A stretch of 64,000 nt of DNA from Octopus vulgaris (taxonomy: Eukaryota). Where the stretch lies: the NCBI GenBank assembly GCA_951406725.2, contig OX597814.1, forward strand, positions 100,750,001 to 100,814,000. Reading direction: 5' to 3'. Shown here in pieces: positions 56,227 through 64,000 of the stretch. Position 1 is the stretch's first letter. Every line of letters begins with the position of its first letter. Under the pieces are notes generated by a model. The model had not been told where the DNA came from, made no database searches, and saw only the letters and a list, made by a program, of their open reading frames with translations. A program made the position numbers and the translations under genes.

Positions 56227-56323
56227 CAGATAGTTCTGGCTGACGAGCTACAAATGGATTTTTTTTGTAAGTAAAATTACATTTAATTCATTAATAGCGA
56301 AACAATTGTCCCAAAATAATCTG
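56227..56323 (+). ncRNA. Type I hammerhead ribozyme (predicted)
   Basis: CAGATAGTTCTGG-CTGACGA-GCTA-[AT-rich loop]-TAGC-GAA-ACAATTGT-C-CCAAAATAATCTG: canonical core, GUC site after 56310. Confidence 0.85.
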
Positions 56324-56762
56324 TATTTTTGTTATTTTTTATTTGCCCTGTCCGTGTGAGCTAACAATCGTACTGACTTTCATGGGAAACATGTATTTTC
56401 GTGGTTGAAACCTTTTGGATTAACTGGTGCTGGAGTGAGCCACATAGTGACCACTCTCTTATATTTATTTTGTAAAAATATTATAATATGTTATAAAATA
56501 TTATAATAATCCAGGTTTCTCGGAGCACTAGGCCACTTGGTGTTGAATAGATATACTATTAAATTAGTATCTAATTCTCTCACCCTTATTAATTAATTAT
56601 AATTATGCTGCATTTATTTCTAAATGCTGTATTTGTTTTCCGTGAAAGTTTGCCGCGCTGTTAGTTGGGGCATTTGAATTATAACGTCGGATGTAATCAA
56701 TTGAACCACACGCGTATTTATCGTTATGGTAAAATCTGGCGTGTGATTGAGTGGATTTCATC

Positions 56763-56859
56763 CAGATAGTTCTGGCTGACGAGCTACAAATGGATTTTTT
56801 TTGTAAGTAAAATTACATTTAATTCATTAATAGCGAAACAATTGTCCCAAAATAATCTG
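56763..56859 (+). ncRNA. Type I hammerhead ribozyme (predicted)
   Basis: Identical copy 536 bp downstream; GUC site after 56846. Confidence 0.85.
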
Positions 56860-56995
56860 TATTTTTGTTATTTTTTATTTGCCCTGTCCGTGTGAGCTAA
56901 CAATCGTACTGACTTTCATGGGAAACATGTATTTTCGTGGTTGAAACCTTTTGGATTAACTGGTGCTGGAGTGAGCCACATAGTGACCACTCTCT

Positions 56996-57064
<69 letters not shown>

Positions 57065-57210
57065 TACATACATACATACATACATACATACATACATACA
57101 TACATACATACATACATAATATGCATACATATAAACATATATACCTATAACTACATGCACGCGCATATATGTATACATATGTATACATACACACTCACAC
57201 ACACTCACAC

Positions 57211-57291
<81 letters not shown>

Positions 57292-58256
57292 TTTATATTT
57301 ATATTTATGTTTATGTTTATATATTTATAAATATACATATATACATACATACCTAATTACATACATATATGGAAAATATTGCGCATATGCATGTGTTTTA
57401 TGCGCATAATTTATGATGGTGTGCTTTAAAATGCTTGTAGTCTATGTGACTGGATTTTTATATGTATCTGTGCGTATATCTATGTGTGCTCGCGCACGCG
57501 CGCCTGTGTGTACACAAGTGCGTAACTTTCACTTAAGAAATCTGGAATGCTTAAAGAACAAAATAATATACATATAACCATTAATAATATCAAGATTAAG
57601 ATAAGTGGTTCAACTTTCTAACTTTCTTATTATCTCAATGTATACTGCAAGAAAAAGACAAAAAAGGAAATTAGAAACACTTTCATATGTTCTCTAAGGA
57701 CCAAAGCTGGTAGTAAATACCTAATCTATTAAAAAAATTACAGTCATTTATTTTCTCTATACATTTTATATTTATTGACGGGTAATTTTTTCTTAAATAT
57801 GTTACTTCTTAATAAAAATCGAACGGATAATCAGTTTGCAATCCCTCTTTATATTAATAGTCCCAAGAGGCAGAAGACAATGAATTGGTTAAGTGTTGCT
57901 TATAAAACCGTTTCTTCTACATGTTTTGATTCGAAAATCTGATAGCTAAACTCATTTGCATCGCATTTTTTTCTCAAGTATTCTGTTTTTATGTATCTGT
58001 GCCTTTTGATTATAGTATACTTTCCTTTTTCATATCACATTTATTCGTCTTTATTTATCACACAGTTTTCTCGTGTTTCTCTTTCTGCACATTTCTCTCT
58101 CCCTCTTTCTCTCTCTCTCACCGATTTTCTCTTCTGTTCTTTCTCTTTCAGTCTTTGTGTGATCCTGATTCACGCGCGCATGAAAACACGTATACATAGA
58201 GTTATACTACATGCTTACACACATATCAAGATTGTTAGTTATATAGATAGATTATA

Positions 58257-58486
58257 AAGCGGCGAGCTGGCAGAAACGTTAGCGCGCCGGGCGAAATGCT
58301 TAGCGGTATTTCATCTGTCGTTAGTTCTGAGTTCAAATTCCACCGGGATCAACTCTGCCTTTCATCCTTTCGTGGTCGATAAATAAAGTACCAGTTTCGC
58401 ACTGGGGTCGATGTAATCGACTTAATCCGTTTGTCTGTCCTTGTTTGTCCCCTCTGTGTTTAGCCCCTTGTGGGTAGTAAAGAAAT
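58257..58486 (+). mobile_element. SINE family B, full length
   Basis: gcggcgagctggcagaaacgttagc...gccccttgtgggtagtaaagaaat. Confidence 0.9.
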
Positions 58487-59602
58487 GTAGATAGATAAGA
58501 TAGACAGATAAATAGATAGATAGATAGAAAGATGGATAGATAATGTGTTTCCGGGTTTGTACATTTTCCGAGTATTTATGTGTCGTTTCGGTTCTATCTA
58601 CTAGCTTGTTAGAAATATATGCTTCAATAACGGAGTGTATAAAGCGATATATGAATAATATCATAATATATCTATGTGTGTTCAATATGTAACTCTGTAA
58701 ATCGTTTTTATTTATTCATTTCCTTCTTTCTTTGTTTCTTTAATTATTTTACTCCCGTTTTCAATTTTGTGTAAATTTATGTGGTTACATGTTTATGTTC
58801 TGTATCTAACACTGCTCGAGACTTCTAAATACAAGCCTCAAATTTCTTTGAAAATAATACATCATTTAACAAATCAGTGAATCCAATTTGATATCCACCA
58901 TTGATCAAAATGGCCGAACTCTCAAAATGTTTTTAGTTCAACAAAGTATAAAGAGAAATAAATTTGTTACATGAGATCATTTATGTTTCATCTATGATGA
59001 AAGCCTGTCCGAGTGATGGCTGTGTAATTTTAATTAAATTTGTTGATTTGAAGAACATTGTCGAATAATTTGTAACCGTTTTTAGAGCTCTAGTTAATTT
59101 TCTTTTACTACATCAAGTTACACGTGTAATTGTAAGTCTTTCAGTCATTTACTACATAGTTGTGCGCTTGGTAAACAAGAAAATACATACAGAGAAATCA
59201 AAATGAAAAACAGAAAAACTTATTGACTCGTAAAATGAAAGAGAGGACAAGAAATAATTAGATAGGTGGCTAGTTAAAGAGTGAATACATACATAAATAT
59301 GAATGAGTGAGAGAGTGAGAGAGAAAGTATGTGTGTGTGTGTGTGAGTGTGTGTGTATGTATTTGTGAAAACATATCAGGATAGTGTCACACAAAGAAAA
59401 ATAACCAGTGACGCAGAAGTGATAGACAGAGAGACTGTCAGCGTTAAATACGTACACGTAGAACATGATGTGACTATCCATTTGTTATCAAACTAACTGC
59501 TCTCTTCTACAGTTAGGCATTAAACAAAACGTACGTATATTGATGTGGTCGCGCGAGTGTGTGGGTCTGTAAATGCAATGCTTATATATGTATATATATT
59601 CG

Positions 59603-59876
59603 TTTACTCTTTTACTTGTTTCAGTCATTTGACTGTGGCCATTCTGGAGCACCGCCTTTAGTCGAACGAATCGACCCCAGGACTTATGTTTTGTAAGCCT
59701 AATACTTATTCTATCGGTTTCTTAGGCTGAACCGCTAGTTTAAGAGAACGTAAACACACCTGCATCGGTTGTCAAGCGATGGTGTAGAGACGAACACAGA
59801 CACACAAACACATACATACATACATAAATATATACATACATACATACATACATACATACATACATACATACATACA

Positions 59877-59929
<53 letters not shown>

Positions 59930-60074
59930 CGGGTTTCTGTCAGTTTCCGATTACCAAATCCACTCACAAGGCTTTGATCGGCCTGAGGCTATAGCAGAAG
60001 GTGCCACGCAGTGGGACTGAACCCAGAACCATATGATTGGGAAGCAACCTTCATACTGCATAGCCACTCCTGCG
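59603..60074 (-). mobile_element. SINE family A, full length
   Basis: Reverse complement of the 35666-type element. Confidence 0.9.
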
Positions 60075-60092
60075 ACTATACATATGTATATA

Positions 60093-60152
<60 letters not shown>

Positions 60153-60158
<6 letters not shown>

Positions 60159-60450
60159 TCCCGGTTGATTCGGGGTTAACCACAGTAAGTAAGGTACTCA
60201 ATACATAGCAGATAAATTAATTTATTATATAGAAGGAGTTCTAGGACTAGTACTGTTTCATTCAAGAAATTTCAGGAAGCATTTAACAAGAATTGTATTA
60301 GCATTTATACATTTAAGATGGGGACTTTTTGATGCCTACCCCAAAAGTCCCCCACCCACTCCTCTAAATGTATATATTCTTGTTAAATAGCTTCTGAAGA
60401 TTTCTCTTGAATGAACAGTACTAGTCCTGTAGAACTTTCATATAATAAAT
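60153..60450. mobile_element. Second palindromic pLTR pair of the 34231 family
   Basis: Same tail and HHR sequences with longer arms (ggggactttt/aaaagtcccc at the centre); flanked by (TA)n. Confidence 0.85.
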
Positions 60451-60451
60451 A

Positions 60452-60523
<72 letters not shown>

Positions 60524-60832
60524 TATATATACATACATACATACGTACACACACATTCATACATATACAAACATACATACATAGTTATACCATATTATAT
60601 GACAGCTGCACGGAATACTCTTATTCCCAACATGCAATTGCTATGTATCAAGAGATTTCTGTATGTAGTACTCAATACTTGTTGCAAAGAATATTAACTT
60701 CACAGGTCGGGGTTCACCAGCTCCCCCTGCCGGAGTATCATGGAGCTTTAGATGTTTTCGCTCAATAAACTCTTACAACCTACGACTGCGAGCCGCTGCC
60801 CTGACCGCTGGGGCCATAGCACCTCCACTATG

Positions 60833-60907
<75 letters not shown>

Positions 60908-61390
60908 GTATGTATACATATATACACATATATGCATACATATATATAAATATATATATTAATTTATTTATTTATACGCACCCGTGCACTCACTCATATA
61001 CATATGTTTAGTATGTATTATGCATGTGTATGATCTGTTGAGATATTAGCGAACAGGGTGTAGTTCATTTTCAGATTATTTAACTCCAAATATGATGAAT
61101 AAGATTATAGGGTAGTGCCACATCCGGATGTGCAAAACAAAGGTTTATAAAGAAATCTAGAATTTGATCAGAAGTTACTGAGATAAAAAGTAAATTAAAA
61201 GTAAATATTGTACTTGTGGCATAGTGCCTGATACCATAATTTGAAATAATAAAAACAATATCAATTCTGTCCTCAACATTTGCAATATGAAACGAAAATA
61301 GATGTTAGACAAGCCTTTAAAATATGCTTTGTTTAATCCTACTTACATCGCGAGTAATTTTTAAGTTATCATGACTAGTTTGAACCAAAT

Positions 61391-61448
<58 letters not shown>

Positions 61449-61829
61449 CATCTCTATGCATATGTGCATACATATACATACACATGCATACATACAAGCA
61501 TACATACAAACATATAGACACTCACATAGATACGCACACACAAGCGTATATGACAATTCAAAATGGAAGATGGAAACGATTAGCGGAATAAGAACGAAAT
61601 ACAATGAAACGTAAAAATGAGAAGCCCAGTTTGAAGTTAGATAAATTGAAATTCCATGTTATTGCATCTCTAGATGCGCGAGTAATAGAGGGAATATCAC
61701 TGAGGTAATGGACAGACAAGGACTAGACATGAAGGGCAACTTACAAGTAGAATGGAAAATTGCAGATAGAAAAAATACATTAAAGGAATATAAGTTTGTA
61801 TTAATGTATATAATCCTTTCCAATATAGC

Positions 61830-62138
61830 CACAAGGCCTGGAATTTTGGGTGAGTGGAGCAGGTGATTTGATCAACCGCAGTATGCAACTGGTACTTAAT
61901 TTATCGACCCCGAAAGGATGAAAGGCAAAGTAGAGCTCGACGGAATTTGAACTCAGAAAGTAGCGACGGGCGAAATACCTATTTCTTTACTACCCACACA
62001 GAGAGGACAAACAAGGACAGACAAACGGATCGAGTCGATTATATCGACCCCAGTGCGTAACTGGTATTTATTCAATCGATCCCGAAAGGATGAAAGGCAA
62101 AGTCGACCTCGGTGGAATTTGAACTCAGAAAGTAGCGA
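61830..62138 (-). mobile_element. SINE family B dimer
   Basis: Two gaaaggatgaaaggcaaagt...ggaatttgaactcagaa blocks. Confidence 0.85.
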
Positions 62139-62559
62139 TTCCTAGACAGGGTGGTGCGTTGTGTTCTTGAGCTAAACACTTTATCTCGCTTTGCTCTGCG
62201 ATCACTTCGACACCTGATGCGTGGCACACAGTGCACTTATTCAGCCAACGTTGATTTAATGAAGAGAGTGAGCTAATGTGTGGCACGATCATTTGATCAC
62301 TGTAAACAAATCATTTGTGCAGGGTTATTGAGCAAAAGCTGAACGCTCATACGTTATATTATTGTAGTGTTAGTTCTTCTTTGTAGAAAGATGAGGATGC
62401 TTTCTCTTCTGAATTACCTACTCCTGTTAGTAGCTTGCATTCAATGACACGTACTCCCTCGACGTAATTTGATAACAGATTCAATGTAACACAAAGCGTT
62501 CATTTTAAATTAACAATATACCCAACGAAATTCTATACCATTTCCATCAACTCAATTTC

Positions 62560-63870
62560 ACCAAGATCAAAACCCTTCATTTTTCGTTGCTCATATCTAC
62601 TCAGCTAGCAAAAATGAGTACTATGGTGATGTAGAGACATGCGTGGCCAGCCAGTGATAAATGGTACCAACCTAAAAAAAAAACCGCTAGGAGTCATTTC
62701 TCGATTTAACGGCTATCTTTCTTGTCAGATCTTCCTATTCTTGTTGGAACTCGCTCTCAACGACGCACCATCAGCTGTACAATAGATTTTCATTATGTTT
62801 CCCACACTTTTCATTAATGACCTACTTGATGTTAGGCCTAACCTCACGTACGCATGTACATAATACACGTCTTGTAACTCTTCTTAACCTTTCACACACA
62901 TGTGTCATGCACATGTAATGTAGACATTTCACACCAGATTGCTCGACTTTCAAGAACAGGGACATTCACTAGTGATATGATGATATGACAGCCTTATTTT
63001 CTCCAGCAAGACTTAAACACTATTCCTGTACATATCAAGATAATTATTTCGCTTCACTCGTCTTACATACGAACAACACATAATTAGAACTGAACGAAGA
63101 GACAACATACTTTTCTCATTGCTCAAATCAAATTCGCATAGAGAATGTTGGTGAAAATGCAATGCAAGTAATATAACTCCTTTGCAGGACTAGAAAATGC
63201 TTTACCTTTGGCTATTTGCAAACTAGCATTAGAGTGTTTCTCAAGGCGGCGAGCTGGTAGCATCGTTAGCACGCCGAGCAAAACGCTTACAGTCATTTTG
63301 TTTGTTTTAACGTTCTTAGTTCAAATTCCGCTGAGGTCATCTTTGGCTTTCATCCTTCCGGTGTCGATAAATATAAGTATCACTTAAACACAGGGGTCAA
63401 TGTAATCGACTTAAGCCGACTGTGAATTATGTGCCAGAATTTGAAATCACTACTGCAGTGCCAAAATTCAAAATCAATATTACAGTGTTGCTCTTATATT
63501 TAGTTCTGTGTTGCATCTACCCACGCGAACATTCTTGACTTCGTGATAGCAGGTCGTTCGTATAATCGGCTGACATTTATTGACCAACGTACTGCAGCTA
63601 CTAGCGGAAAGATACTTCACTTCTTCTCTGTTTTTTTGTTATTGTAACTATAACTACTGACCCAATATGCTAAGCAACACCTTGGCATGTTCTTCAGGTG
63701 CACATGAGTTTCATTTCCTCCACACCATTCCTATGTTGTTCCTCTCAGAAACGCAGCACCAAAATCTTTTCAACCAGGAACCAGTCTCTTCTAGAAATTC
63801 TTCTATGTTTTCCGACAGGTATTGGTCTACTCAGTTAATTGCTAGTACACATTATTATTATCCTCCTCTC
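62560..63870 (+). mobile_element. Very old LINE (CR1/L2-like) relic interrupted by a SINE-B (63243-63450)
   Basis: LFINDLL remnant near 62810 and an RTSL.*NS-like remnant near 63780. The SINE is clear; the LINE call is weak. Confidence 0.35.
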
Positions 63871-64000
63871 TGGACCAACAAAAATAGAAACTAGGAATAA
63901 TAGACTTTCGTTGTGGCTTCTACAGAGAAAAACCTGTTACAACCGTCCGCAGCACTGTAATTATTTTATTCTTATCGCACTGTCTATAGTTAGTGAGATG

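Larger units (their letters stand above)
55910..57000 (+). mobile_element. Tandem array of 536-bp HHR units, right inverted block (about 2.04 copies)
   Basis: agtgaccactc recurs at 55910, 56446 and 56982; reverse complement of the left-block unit. Confidence 0.95.

Noticed and set aside
54619-57000. CRISPR array or simple satellite interpretation
   Set aside because: No repeat-spacer structure, eukaryotic context, and the units are long identical copies containing HHRs.

Overview
AT-rich, microsatellite-saturated eukaryotic non-coding DNA, most likely intronic or intergenic sequence from an octopus or other coleoid cephalopod. That assignment is inferred from the SINE families and repeat landscape, not verified. 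No intact protein-coding gene is visible, and almost all listed ORFs are microsatellite translations. The window is a mosaic of tRNA-derived SINEs and decayed CR1-group, L1/Tx1-like and Hero-like LINE fragments. It also holds piggyBac and Tc1/mariner relics, a hAT MITE with its TSD, and non-autonomous Helitrons. The most striking signal is a large, diverse population of short non-coding elements carrying type I hammerhead ribozyme (HHR) motifs with palindromic helix III, mostly inserted next to (TA)n tracts and often as divergent inverted pairs. This is the architecture of Penelope-like element pLTRs and non-LTR retrozymes. The best case is 54619-57000: near-identical tandem 536-bp units in two divergent blocks (about 2.4 and 2.0 copies) with four canonical HHRs, predicted to release a 536-nt monomer or circular RNA. 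All folds were read by eye and need computational and biochemical confirmation.
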